Part shown: piece by piece, positions 31,752-42,275 of the stretch
How the letters are laid out: every line of letters begins with the position of its first letter
Numbering within the stretch: the stretch's first letter is position 1
Origin: Leptolyngbyaceae cyanobacterium
Lineage (GTDB): Bacteria > Cyanobacteriota > Cyanobacteriia > Phormidesmidales > Phormidesmidaceae
NCBI GenBank assembly: GCA_050331235.1
Contig: JBHJHA010000058.1
Location: forward strand, 1 to 64,000
Direction of reading: 5' to 3'
Length of the DNA: 64,000 nucleotides
The notes under the pieces: model-generated
What the model saw: only the letters and a program-made list of their open reading frames with translations
What the model was told of the DNA's origin: nothing
Databases searched by the model: none
Program-made: the position numbers and the translations under genes

Positions 31752-32317
31752 TCAATCTGCCGATTGCACGACCTTCGTCCCATCCAGATAGCGATACACA
31801 CTAGCCTTCGAGAGTTTGTAATCCTGCATCAAGGTTTTGATGAGCACTCCCTGCGCTCGCTTCTGTCGCAGCTCCAAACACTGTTGCTCAGTCAAATGCT
31901 TATCTCGACCCAGCCTAACGCCACGGGCTTTAGCATTTTGGATGCCATCCATTTGGCGTTCAGCCCGGATTTGGTTTCAAACTGGGCAATGGCTCCCAGC
32001 ATATTGAAGAGTAGCCGTCCGGTCGCATCGCCGGTGTGAATGTTCTGGTCCAGCACTTGGAGATTGACCTGCTTTTGTTCCAACTGCTCAGCTAACTGAC
32101 AGAGATGAAGCGTGGAGCGTGCCAGCCGGTCTAAGCGCGTCACCACCAATGTATCGCCTTCCCTAATGTATTCGAGGCAGGCTTTCAGCCGAGGTCGCTT
32201 ATGGGAAGAGCCACTCCGCTTCTCCTGAAAGATCTTGTCACAATGCTTCAGTTTATCGAGTTGCACATCGAGACTTTGTCCTACAGAGCTGACCCGCGCA
32301 TAGCCGACGACAGCCAT
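31752..32317 (-). pseudogene. tnpR: Serine resolvase of Tn A, frameshifted near 31972
   Basis: VGYARVSS, VTRLDRLAR, AQFET; continues in another frame as (E)IRAERQMDGI..HTH SKASVYRY. Confidence 0.88.
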
Positions 32318-32319
32318 GA

Positions 32320-32430
32320 TCGCCCCCAAAGGTTTCAATAAGCCTAAGACTTTGTGAGAATCAAGTAATGAGACATGATTTGAGACACTAGTATGAGTAT
32401 GTCTCAAAAGGTCTACTTTCTGAGACTATC
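32320..32430. other. Putative res site of Tn A
   Basis: Repeated TGAGAC/GTCTCA inverted half-sites between the divergent tnpR and tnpA. Confidence 0.55.
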
Positions 32431-32468
32431 GTAAACGACGAAACGTCCCAGCGCGATCCTCCATTTCT

Positions 32469-35400
32469 ATGGCAAAGCAGATAGCAGCCCCGACTCAAAA
32501 ACGTCTGCACATCCTAGGGGATGACGAGATCGCCGACCCCTATGGACTCCCTCACTTCACCTCGGAGGAGCAAAGCGAGTACTTCGCACTATCACTGAGG
32601 GAAGCTATGGCCATCGAGCAGCTGCATAGCAGCTGCATAGCATTAAATCTCGGCTCTATGCCATTCTGCAACTGGGCTACTTCAAGGCCCGCCATCTCTT
32701 TTTTGTCTTCAGCTTTGAAAGGGTGGCAGCGGATGCCCACTATCTCCAGGAGCGCTACTTCCCCACGTTCCAGCTAACTGCGTTTGAGCCGACGAAGGTC
32801 ACGCGCCTGAAGCACCAGCGCATCATTCTTGAACTCTGCCATTACCGTATCGGCGCTGAGCCAGAGCGTCAAGCACTGAGACGCAAAGCCGAACAGGCCG
32901 CGAGGGTTTGCGGAAAACCCATCTACATCTTTCGCGAGCTGATGCATTACCTCGAAGAGGAGCGTATTGTTGCGCCTGGATATAGCTTGATGCAGGATAT
33001 CGTGGGTCAGGCCATTGCCGATGAGCAAGACCGATTGGTTGCCGTGATGCAACGGCGTCTGACACCGTCTGAGACAAAAGCCTTAAATCGGCTGATAGAA
33101 GACGTACCCGGACTGTACGAAATCACCCAGCTGAAACGAGAACCCAAAGATTTCAGCCTCGGTGAGGTGAAGCGTGAGATTCGTCGCAGCGAGCAGATTC
33201 AGTCGCTCTATCACCTGGCCCAGACGCTGTTGCCTGCGCTGAAGATTTCTGGTGAAAGTATGAAGTACTATGCGTCACTGGTGACCTACTACTCCGTCTT
33301 CCGGCTCAAGCAGTTGGCTCAGGGCACGGTACATGTGTATCTTCTGTGCTTTGTTTACCACCGCTACCAACGGGCACACGACAATCTCATCAACAGCCTG
33401 ATATATAACGTCAGACGGTATGTTGAAGCGAGCAAGGTAGCGGCTAAAGAACAGGTCTATGAGTACCGGATTGAGGGTAACCAAAACCTACAAAAAGCCG
33501 GTCAGATTCTCAAGCTGTTTACGGACGACACCATTGTCGAAACTACCCCCTTTCAAGAAGTTCAGACAAAAGCCTTTGAGATCCTAGAGCGTCAGAAGTT
33601 GACCGTCCTCGCTGAGCACATTGCCACCCAAGCTAGCTTCGATGAGACGGCTTTTCAGTGGGAGTACATAGACACTTTGGCACGGCAGTTCAAGTGCAAT
33701 CTACGGCCTATCCTACAAGCGATTGAGTTTGCCAGCGCCTCGGGGCATGTCCCTCTGCTAAAAGCGCTTCAGTTCTTGAAAGCCGCAGCTCAAAAAGGAC
33801 GATCCCTGAATCAATATCGGCCAGACTCGTTTCCCACCCAGTTCATTCCAGACGCAACCAAACGCTATCTCTACGCCTCGGCGGAAGCCGGTGGTCATCT
33901 ACTACCAGACCGCTACGAGTTCCTGGCCTACCGCCTGCTGCGCAACGGTTTGGAATCGGGCGACATTTTCTGTCGCGACAGCGTTCGCTTCCGCAGTTTT
34001 GAGGACGACCTGCTCAGCGAGCAGCAGTGGCAAGCCAAGACGGAGCTGATTACAGTAACCGGTCTGACAATACTCAAGCAACCGATTCAAGAGCATTTGG
34101 CTGCGCTCGAACAGCAGCTAGAATCACGGCTGGCTCAGGTGAATCAGCGCCTGAATGCTGGTGAGAATCCACATTTTGAGACCAAAAAGCGAGGTTCAAC
34201 CATCCGGTGGACGCTTCAGTCACCAGGCATTCGCGAGTCGATCAACCATCCGATGTTCAGTGCGCTGAAGCACGTCACCTCAGCAGCGTTCTGCATTTCG
34301 TCAATCAGCACTGTCAGTTTAGCGAGGCCTTTGAACACCACTTGGGACGTTACGTCAAACAGAAATCAGAGGACAGCGTGCTGATCGCCTGCCTGATTGC
34401 CTGGGGCACCAATATGGGACTGGGCCGTATGGCCGAGACCTTGGATATCAACTATCACGCCCTGGCAAACGCATCTGACAACTTTCTCCGTCCCGAGACG
34501 CTGAGAAAGGCCAACGATCGCGTCAGCAATGCCATGGCTGAGCTACCCATTTTTCGGCACTACGATATTGGCGGAGCCCTTCACTCCAGCAGTGACGGGC
34601 AAAAGTTCGAAAGCCAGATTCAGACCATCAATGCTCGTCATTCGCCCAAGTATTTTGGCTTGAAAAAGGGCATCGTTTCCTACACCCTGCTGGCCAACCA
34701 TGTGCCGGTCAATGCCAGAATCATCGGCGCGAATGAGCACGAGAGCCATTATGTCTTTGACCTGCTGTTCAACAACACTACAGAGGTACAGCCGACGATT
34801 CATTCCACGGATACCCATGGCACCAATGAGGTCAATTTTGCCATCTTGCACCTATTCGGCTATCAGTTCGCCCCGCGCTACCGGGATATTCATGACAAGG
34901 TCAGTCATGCGCTCTATGGATTCCAACACCCCAGTCAATATGAGGATGTCCTGCTCAAGCCGATTCGCAAGATCAATACCCCACTCATCATGGACGAGTG
35001 GGACAACATCCAGCGCATCATGGTGTCATTGGCCCTGAAGACGACCACTCAAAGCATCATTGTCAGCAAGCTGAGTGCCTATGCTCGCAGAAATAAGACC
35101 CGGCGGGCGTTGTGGGAGTACGACAACATCCTCAAAAGCCTCTATCTTCTGGACTATGTCGATTCGGTTCCCCTGCGTCAGAATGTCCAACGAGCCCTGA
35201 ACCGGGGCGAAAGCTATCATCAATTGCGCCGAGCCGTTTCCTACGCCAACTTCGGCAAGTTTCGCTTTAAAACTGAATACGAGCAACAGATATGGGGGGA
35301 TTGCGCTCGCCTGCTGACTAACTGCATCATCTATTACAACGCCTCTATCCTGTCCGACCTGATGACTCACAGCGATAGCTGTGGTGACGTGGCCAGGGTA

Positions 35401-35535
35401 GCCCTACTCAGCCAGGTGTCGCCAGTCGCGTGGCAGCACATCAATTTTTATGGTCGCTATGAGTTCAATAAGCAGCCTGAACCCATCGATATAGAAGCGA
35501 TTCTTCAACAGTTGATACAGCTGAGGATTGAGTAA
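32469..35535 (+). pseudogene. tnpA: Tn3-family transposase of Tn A, with two frameshifts
   Basis: ILQLGYFKA restored by removing an 11-bp duplication (32620-32641); 1-nt loss near 34277; SSDGQKF, STDTHG, LNRGESYH motifs. Confidence 0.92.
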
Positions 35536-35591
35536 GACTCACTCGTCTGATTGTGGAATATACCTTTTCGAGGGGTTATGCAAAAAACCCC

Positions 35592-36289
35592 TAGATGAGT
35601 TCAAGCGGCATAAAAACGCCCTGCTACTCATTGATGAGTGGACCATTATCGGAGCCACCACATTTCGATTCAACGAGCATCTCAAGCCGTTTATTGATGA
35701 TGTGTGCTCGACTATCACCACGCTATCCAGCCGGGGGCTACAGGCAGATCAAGCCGTATGGTTAATTGCCCCCCATTGCCGACTAGATTTCCTTGAAAAG
35801 TCAGCTAAGGCTCTGAAGCTTTGCAAGCTCTGTTTAGTCGCTGCTAACCCTGAGCGACCGTTCGATGTGGATGGCAATCGCATTGGATTTGATAGTGAGT
35901 TATTCGACCAAGTAAAGAACAACTGGAAAGACCTAACAGCGCCCCCAAAAGGTATTGATTCGCTCGACTCAGAACGGATTGCCTTTATCAATGGTCAATG
36001 GTTACCGCTGGGTTCCATCGAAGTTACGGTAACCAACTCGGAACCTGAGGGCGTAACCACCGTAACCAACTGCCACAGCAGCGATACAGCGCTTATCTAT
36101 ACCCGCTTATCGGAGGTGTGTAACTTGACGGTAACCGAGGTTACAGGGGCTTTATCTGCCCTTTCTCAGGGCCTAACTAAGACTCACATTATCAAAAACA
36201 TTTGGGGCTATACCGGGCGTAATTATGCCGACTATGCCGAACGATTTGACCAATTACAGCAACTTACTGAAGTGAATCAAGATGTCTAA
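35592..36289 (+). pseudogene. 5'-truncated P-loop ATPase-like gene with a C-terminal HTH-like region
   Basis: Walker-B-like LLLIDEW just after the Tn A IR; the ORF-track start lies inside the transposon end, so the true 5' end is lost. Confidence 0.5.
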
Positions 36290-37025
36290 GAACTCCCAAA
36301 ACAACTCCAACTCATTCGACAGAAACTTTGCTACTGGCATTCCTAGTAATGATGATATTTCGCGGTTGTTTTCTGCCCATCGCCGCTATGCCAAAAGCTA
36401 TAAGGAAAATCAGCGCAAGATGCGCATGTTCAAGTTTGCTAAGCGGATAGCTTGGGTGCTGTTTGCTGCCGATGTCTGGTTTAGTTTGCTGGGGATTCGG
36501 GCCTTTAGCGGTTCCCTCGAATTTGCCCTTTTTACAGCGGTGTTCGTAGGGGCTGGCCAGTGGGTCGTCAGTGAGTCGCTGCTGTCTAAATCGTTTGGCT
36601 CACTCATGAAGATAGACGCCGACAGCGACGGGGAAATCACCCTGGCTGAGTGGATGCGTTGGGGCATTCACTTATCAGCCCTGATCGTGGTCTACGGCCT
36701 TGATATTGCCACCAACTTGGCTGCCATTAATGGAGAGGTGTTGGGGACATTGCCCTTTACGATCGCCGGTGATACGGCTGCCAGTAGTGTGCCGATATGG
36801 GCTGCTTGGGTGGTATCCCTCATCATTTGCGGCATTCTCTGCTTTGCGGATGAGTGGATTCATTCAATCAGTGATTCCCGATTGGCAGAACTGGAGAGCG
36901 AGCAACCTGCCCTCAAAGAACGCGCCGCTGTCATCGAAGCCAAGTTGGCGGAAGCGGGGGCCTTCGGTGAAACCATCCTGACTAAGGCCACAGAGCGGGG
37001 GATGCAGCGTGGCCAAGCCTACTAA
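36282..37025 (+). CDS. Hypothetical membrane protein with an EF-hand-like loop and a coiled coil
   Basis: About 4 TM segments, DADSDGEITLAE, overlaps the upstream stop. Confidence 0.7.
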   Translation: MSKNSQNNSNSFDRNFATGIPSNDDISRLFSAHRRYAKSYKENQRKMRMFKFAKRIAWVLFAADVWFSLLGIRAFSGSLEFALFTAVFVGAGQWVVSESLLSKSFGSLMKIDADSDGEITLAEWMRWGIHLSALIVVYGLDIATNLAAINGEVLGTLPFTIAGDTAASSVPIWAAWVVSLIICGILCFADEWIHSISDSRLAELESEQPALKERAAVIEAKLAEAGAFGETILTKATERGMQRGQAY

Positions 37026-37203
37026 ACCCATCTTTCTCACCCAGCGCCGCTGGTATCACCGCGTCAAACCTCTGACATGGGTGCTGGTGGCGCTATTCAT
37101 TGCCGACATTGCCACCCCTGGCTATATGCGCTTTGACTTTCTGCTCTTTACGTTGGATGCGACCAATGCAGTCGAGTCATTCCACCATCACCCACATCCA
37201 TAG
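37009..37203 (+). CDS. Small hypothetical membrane protein
   Basis: GTG start overlapping the upstream gene, one TM segment. Confidence 0.4.
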   Translation: MAKPTKPIFLTQRRWYHRVKPLTWVLVALFIADIATPGYMRFDFLLFTLDATNAVESFHHHPHP

Positions 37204-38014
37204 AATTGGCTTGCCCTTGCTCGCTATCAGTCGAGAGCAAATGGTGCAGATCGCTTTAGCTGTTGCTGTCTCAGTACCGGCAGTGAACGCGATTATCGAC
37301 GGCTTGTTATCTCCCCTATTCCCTCAGCAGCAGGAACCGATACAGGCGATATCGAGCCATGCAGCCCCCTTTGAGCCGCTGGCAGTCTATGCCCCGCATT
37401 ACTACGATGAATCCCCACTTGGTAGTTATGACCTAACGCTGGTGGACCCGGTAACTGATAGCGAAGCGGTAGCTGTGCCTAGTCCCTGCAATGGCACGGT
37501 AAGCACTACTGGAGCCGATGGCGGTTATGGCAACTATGCGGAGATTCTATGCGATGACGGCAACGCTATTTTTGTCGCTCATGCCTCTGAGGTCTGGGTA
37601 AACAAAGGTGACGCCCTTCGCAAGGGTCAAGCGTTCATGGTGCAGGGGTCGACCGGCAACAGTACGGGGCCTCACTTGCATGTAGAGATTACGCCGCCCG
37701 ATGGGGATAGAACTAATCGAGCTAAAACGGAGCCGGTGATGGAGCAAGCGATTGCCTTTTGGGAGGCGGGCGTATCGCCGGTTTCACCTGTTGCTAGCGC
37801 TGCTGGCGAGGCTTTAGATGATGCTACTTTGCGATGTGCTATCGGTGCCGCTGAAGGCACGATGAACGACGATTGCACGCCAAACCATAACTACGATGGC
37901 CATATTGATCCGGGTAATGGGGCGGCTAATCTTGGGGCCTTCAGCTACCAGCACGGTGCTAGCTCGCCACAGGAAGGCCCCAAAGTAGCGAAGCTGCGAT
38001 TTGGGGCAATTTAG
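37100..38014 (+). pseudogene. M23 peptidase-domain protein, C-terminally truncated by a TIR cassette
   Basis: GGYGN, AHA, GSTGNSTGPHLHVE; second domain AIGAAEGT..GHIDPGNG..FSYQHG runs into the IR at 37970; start uncertain. Confidence 0.72.
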
Positions 38015-39437
38015 TTCCTTTGTATTGTTTGACCCCTAATCCTATAACCAAGCCCAAATGGGCTCAGATTAATTGCCAACAGCTCGCAAACAAACCTTTC
38101 GGCTCAGATTAACTGCAAATAAGCTGAAAGGCTTGACTAACCCTCATTAACTCTGAAAGTGAATCTCGACGATGCCGAGGTTGCCAAAATCCGCGGTGAC
38201 GGTAACACCGAGATCAGTAGACAGTGGCCCAATGGCAGCTCCGGTGGTCACCCAGTCCCCAGCTTTAATCATCAGCCCACGCTGAGCCAGGTGATTCGCT
38301 AGCCAGGTTAATGAATTGAGGGGATTGCCCACGACATTGGCTCCGGTCTTGGTCGCAGCTAGTTGGCCATCGAACAGAGCACGGACAATGCAGGTGGACA
38401 GATCGAGCTGCTGCCAATTGGGCACGGCGGGGGCATACACAAAGCTGTAATTGCCCCCATGGTCGGCAATGAGACCGGGCGCACCACCCTGGGCTGGACC
38501 ATTGACGAGACGGCTACCCACTGGTTCGATAGCCGGGTGCAGGGTGTCTGCGGCGGCGGTAACGGCGGCAACGGAATAGGGTGCCCCCTGGGGCGGCAGG
38601 TCTTTGCCCATGCGAAATGCAAACTCAAACTCGAAGCCATACAGGGTGGCGCTGCTATCGGTGATAGTCTGGGGGGTCGGCCCCACTAATGACTCAAACA
38701 AAGGACCGGCGATAGGTTCGCTGACATGGGCCAGTTGCTGTAGGGGTTCGTTGGTCAGGGCCACCTTCCAACCCACTTGCGGGATGCCAATATCTTGCCG
38801 AAGCTGGTCCTGAACGGCGTAGGCTTCGTCAAGGGTTGCGGGAACCGCCGTTGGCGGGAGATGAATGCGCTGGTTTTTGCGTCTGGCGGTAATCAGGAGT
38901 TCAGCCGCTTGTTTGGTGTCAACCATGTTTCTTTCTCTGTGATTCCTTTATAGCCGAGTGAACCATAGAAGACAGCATGACCACTTCAAGGGCATGGAAC
39001 AGCAGGTGAAACTAGACCCCAGACCCAGCAGCCACACTGCACCGACCGATCCCTATACAAAGATCAAATGCTAGTAATGCTATCAAGAGAGTGTCCATTA
39101 AGCTAAAAGTCTTTACTAGTAGGGCATTCAACAATTTTTAGCCAAATCGACTAGCTGCGCTGCTCCGCAACTAGTCGATGACTGATGAGAGGTTAAAACA
39201 GCTTTTACCACAAGGATCACAGCCGATTTCTATTGATGATGTCTGGGTAGATGAGTCTCACCAAATTAGGGCGTTGCAGCTGTACTATCAGCTCACAACT
39301 TAGGCCATATTTAGGCCAAGCGCTTCCAGGGAACTGAGACTTATTTTAAGACTACCTTCCTCTATCAATGATGCTTTTATAGTTCAAAAGAACTAAATTG
39401 CCCCAAATCGCAGCTTCGCTACTTTAAGGCCTTCTTG
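37970..39437. mobile_element. Non-autonomous TIR cassette carrying a passenger gene
   Basis: 48-bp inverted repeats at 37970-38017 and 39390-39437 (45/48 match); no transposase inside. Confidence 0.8.
38147..38926 (-). CDS. 2-keto-4-pentenoate hydratase / FAH-family protein
   Basis: EAYAVQ, GWKVALT, EFEFAF, IADHG, GNPLNSLTWLAN, GDWVTTG. Confidence 0.85.
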   Translation of the reverse strand: MVDTKQAAELLITARRKNQRIHLPPTAVPATLDEAYAVQDQLRQDIGIPQVGWKVALTNEPLQQLAHVSEPIAGPLFESLVGPTPQTITDSSATLYGFEFEFAFRMGKDLPPQGAPYSVAAVTAAADTLHPAIEPVGSRLVNGPAQGGAPGLIADHGGNYSFVYAPAVPNWQQLDLSTCIVRALFDGQLAATKTGANVVGNPLNSLTWLANHLAQRGLMIKAGDWVTTGAAIGPLSTDLGVTVTADFGNLGIVEIHFQS

Positions 39438-39645
39438 GGACGACAATCCAAGGCACTGCCGCTCGGCCGCACGCGGATGTTACTCACGCTTCGAAGTGAG
39501 CTACGGCATCGGTTTTCGGGTAGTTTGCGCCGCCTCGTGGGATTTTTCGTAACCCTTTGCCCTCTTGCCCTTTGCGGCACAAAAATAGTTTATTTGTACT
39601 ATTAAGGGGTTTCGTACAGGATAAGCTCCTAAAACGATAATTTCT

Positions 39646-39685
39646 TAAAGATATAAAGGTATTAGATGTTTATGCGTTTAAGTTA
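39646..39685. repeat. Tandem 8-bp array (parS-like)
   Basis: TAAAGATA TAAAGGTA TTAGATGT TTATGCGT TTAAGTTA; related arrays at 40810 and 42040. Confidence 0.6.
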
Positions 39686-39716
39686 TAAGAGCCCTGAAGA
39701 GGTAAGCCCGCAGGGC

Positions 39717-40793
39717 TCAAGGGGCAGATTCTTCGTTGCCCTCGTGCGTTTGCAGATCGCGCACGGCAGCGTCTAGCTCCATCTCCAATTGTTCGGCGCT
39801 AGGCAGGCTGGTTTGCAGGTCGGGGGGCAGCTCGTCACGTAGCTTATAGGTCGAGACGCCGATCGGATTTTCCATCATGTCGAGGGCAAACTCGACGATG
39901 GTGCGCTTCTTCGACCGACAGAGCACAATGCCGATTGTGGGGTCGTCCCGCTCACCACACAGCAGATAGTTCACCGCCTTCACGTAGAAGTTCATTTTGC
40001 CTGCATATTCTGGCTTGAATTCGGTGGTCTTGAGGTCAATGACCACGTAGCGGTGGAGTTTGATGTGGTAGAACAGCAAATCAATAAAGAACTCATCGCC
40101 TTCGAGCTCCAGCCGGTACTGGCTGCCGACGAAGGCAAAGCCGACCCCGAGTTCCAACAAAAAGTCGCGAATGCGATCCACTAGGGCACGTTCGAGGTCG
40201 CGTTCCTGAGCGGCCTTGTCCAATGTGAGGAACTCAAAGTTGTAAGGGTCTTTGAGCAGTTGCCGTTGGAGGTCTGACTGTTCGGGCGGCAGGGTCTTCT
40301 CAAAGTTGGTGACTGCCCCTCCCTGCCGCCCGAACAGATGAGTTTCGATCTGCATCACCAGAATGTCTCGGCTCCAGCCATTTTCTAGAGCTTGCTGGCC
40401 ATACCAGAGCCGTTCTTCGGTGCTCTTGAGCTTTTCGAGTAGGGCGATGTTGTGCCGCCAGGGTAATTGTCCAACGCAGCGTTGGACAATTAGTTCATCG
40501 GGCCAGGCTTCGGCAAAGGCCCGCATATACATTAGATTCGAGCGAGAGAATCCCTTGATATCGGGAAACTCCCGTTTCAAATCCTGTGCTAGTCGTTGGA
40601 TGACCTTGGCGCCCCAATTTTCCTGGGCCTGCCGCTGCAAGATTTCGCGCCCAATTTGCCAATAGAGTTGAATCAGCTCTTGGTTGACAGCCAACGCTGC
40701 GCGTACTTGGGCCGACCGAATCCGTTGTTTCAGCCCATCTAACAGCGCGAAGTAATTTTCCTCTTCAGGGAATAGGGGACTATTGGTAGACAA
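39717..40793 (-). CDS. DUF1016 / YhcG PDDEXK nuclease-domain protein (cargo copy)
   Basis: AVNQELIQLYWQIG, GFSRSNL, LPWRHN, KDPYNFEFL, LELGVGFAFVGSQ, IDLLFYH, GKMNFY. Confidence 0.92.
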   Translation of the reverse strand: MSTNSPLFPEEENYFALLDGLKQRIRSAQVRAALAVNQELIQLYWQIGREILQRQAQENWGAKVIQRLAQDLKREFPDIKGFSRSNLMYMRAFAEAWPDELIVQRCVGQLPWRHNIALLEKLKSTEERLWYGQQALENGWSRDILVMQIETHLFGRQGGAVTNFEKTLPPEQSDLQRQLLKDPYNFEFLTLDKAAQERDLERALVDRIRDFLLELGVGFAFVGSQYRLELEGDEFFIDLLFYHIKLHRYVVIDLKTTEFKPEYAGKMNFYVKAVNYLLCGERDDPTIGIVLCRSKKRTIVEFALDMMENPIGVSTYKLRDELPPDLQTSLPSAEQLEMELDAAVRDLQTHEGNEESAP

Positions 40794-40849
40794 GGCCCAA
40801 CTCCTTGGCTAAAGGTATTAGACGTTTATATATTTAAGGTATATAGAAA

Positions 40850-41263
40850 TCAAAGATTTAAGGCTTCCTTGAGGTCCTCAATGTTGTGAATTGCTTCCCA
40901 GTCCAGGTCTTGGGCCTTGAGGAGATCGATGGCTGCGCCAATGAGGTGTTGTGGATAGACCCGCTCGTTGGGGGGCACAGCATATTCATTGTTGTCACGC
41001 ACCTGTTGGGCAGTGTCCTGTAGCCAGCGCTGCTGCTTCCGTTCAATCTTGATATTCACTGTTGTCAAGGTTTCTTTGCGACGGCGCTTGGCCTTCGTCT
41101 TAGGGGTAGCTTTCGTTGCGTCGGTGGGCGCTGCTGCCTCGGTCGGTGCTGGCGGTGGCGGCGTGGCTTCCTCCGCGACGGCGGTCTCCGTCTGCGCCGC
41201 TGGCTGTGAGACCCCCCCGAACGAACTCAAACTCAGATTTCCCATCCGTTTCTTCGTAGTCAT
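40850..41263 (-). CDS. Putative ParA partner / centromere-binding protein
   Basis: ATGA-coupled to parA; disordered N-terminus and a beta-helix-helix-like C-terminus (TTVNIKIER..). Confidence 0.6.
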   Translation of the reverse strand: MTTKKRMGNLSLSSFGGVSQPAAQTETAVAEEATPPPPAPTEAAAPTDATKATPKTKAKRRRKETLTTVNIKIERKQQRWLQDTAQQVRDNNEYAVPPNERVYPQHLIGAAIDLLKAQDLDWEAIHNIEDLKEALNL

Positions 41264-41979
41264 TGCAGTCCCCATACTTTCAAACATTCTTTGGCGAGTG
41301 AGCGATAGGCCGTCGCCCCGGAAGATTTGGCGTCGTAGTCAGCGACGGGCACCTGCTGAGCGATAGATTCAGCGATCGCAATGTTTTCGGGAATGAACGA
41401 ATGCAGCAAGCGATAGTCGAGATCTACAGAGCCGGCGATCAGCAGGTCATCGGCTTCCCGTGACAACACCAAGCGACTTTTGTACCGCGATCGCAAAACT
41501 TCGATGGGTACGTCGGGTCGCTCACCCCGGATCAGCCCAATCGCTTCCGAGATGCCTTTCAAGCTGGCAGGTTCACATAAGGTCGGCATAATGACGCGAT
41601 CGGCATTCAATACGGATTGTACTGATGGCAGCCCTAAGCTAGGTGGGCAGTCCATCAGACACACATCATAACCTCTTAGACCTTAAATGGATGGAGCGAT
41701 TAAATCTTTATCAGCTGATAATCTAAACATCCCAATGTCACCAGCGATGAGATGCAGCTTCTCGACGGAAGTGGTTAAGGGTTCACCGCTACCATCTAGC
41801 CAATCTAAAATGGTTGGCTCTGCACCATCGAGCCCCAACGAGAAGGAGATCGTTCGCTGCCCATCTAGATCAATAAGGACGGTTTCGTATCCAGCCCGCG
41901 CAATTTCAGCACCCAAGTTGAGGGCGGTTGTGCTTTTAGAGGTGCCACCTTTCAAATTCCAAACAGCGACTTTCAGCAT
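41260..41979 (-). pseudogene. parA: ParA-family ATPase with an internal in-frame TAA (41683-41685)
   Basis: NLKGGTSKSTT, IDLDGQ, DCPPSLG; the two ORF-track pieces are in the same frame (APSI*GLRGYDVCLMDCPP). Confidence 0.88.
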
Positions 41980-42275
41980 GGTGGTTCATTGTGAGGACAT
42001 AATGACTTTATGTCATTAACCTTCGTTCTGAATAACAGTTAAAGGTCTAATATGTTTATCTGATTAAATGTGCCAGTTGACGAAAATCGCTGGACTGAAT
42101 CTGGATTATTTGCTGATGAAAGGAACTGTGCCAGTTGGCTGAAGCCCTTGAAACCTCGTGACCAGTAAAAACGGGGTCAAAAAGCGCGATCGCCCCGGTT
42201 TGCCAAGCTTTCCTCCATATTTAACGGAGGGAGTAGTTGCCTTGTGTCGCAGCGCTTCCAGAAAGGGTTAACGCT

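Larger units (their letters stand above)
31696..35591. mobile_element. Tn3-family transposon A (inactivated)
   Basis: IRs GGGGTTTTTTGCATAACCCC(C/T)CGAAAAGGTATATTCCACAA at 31696-31736 and 35551-35591; divergent resolvase and tnpA. Confidence 0.92.

Noticed and set aside
39084..39102. CAAGAGAGTGTCCATTAAG, resembling an IS4-like end
   Set aside because: No partner IR or transposase seen
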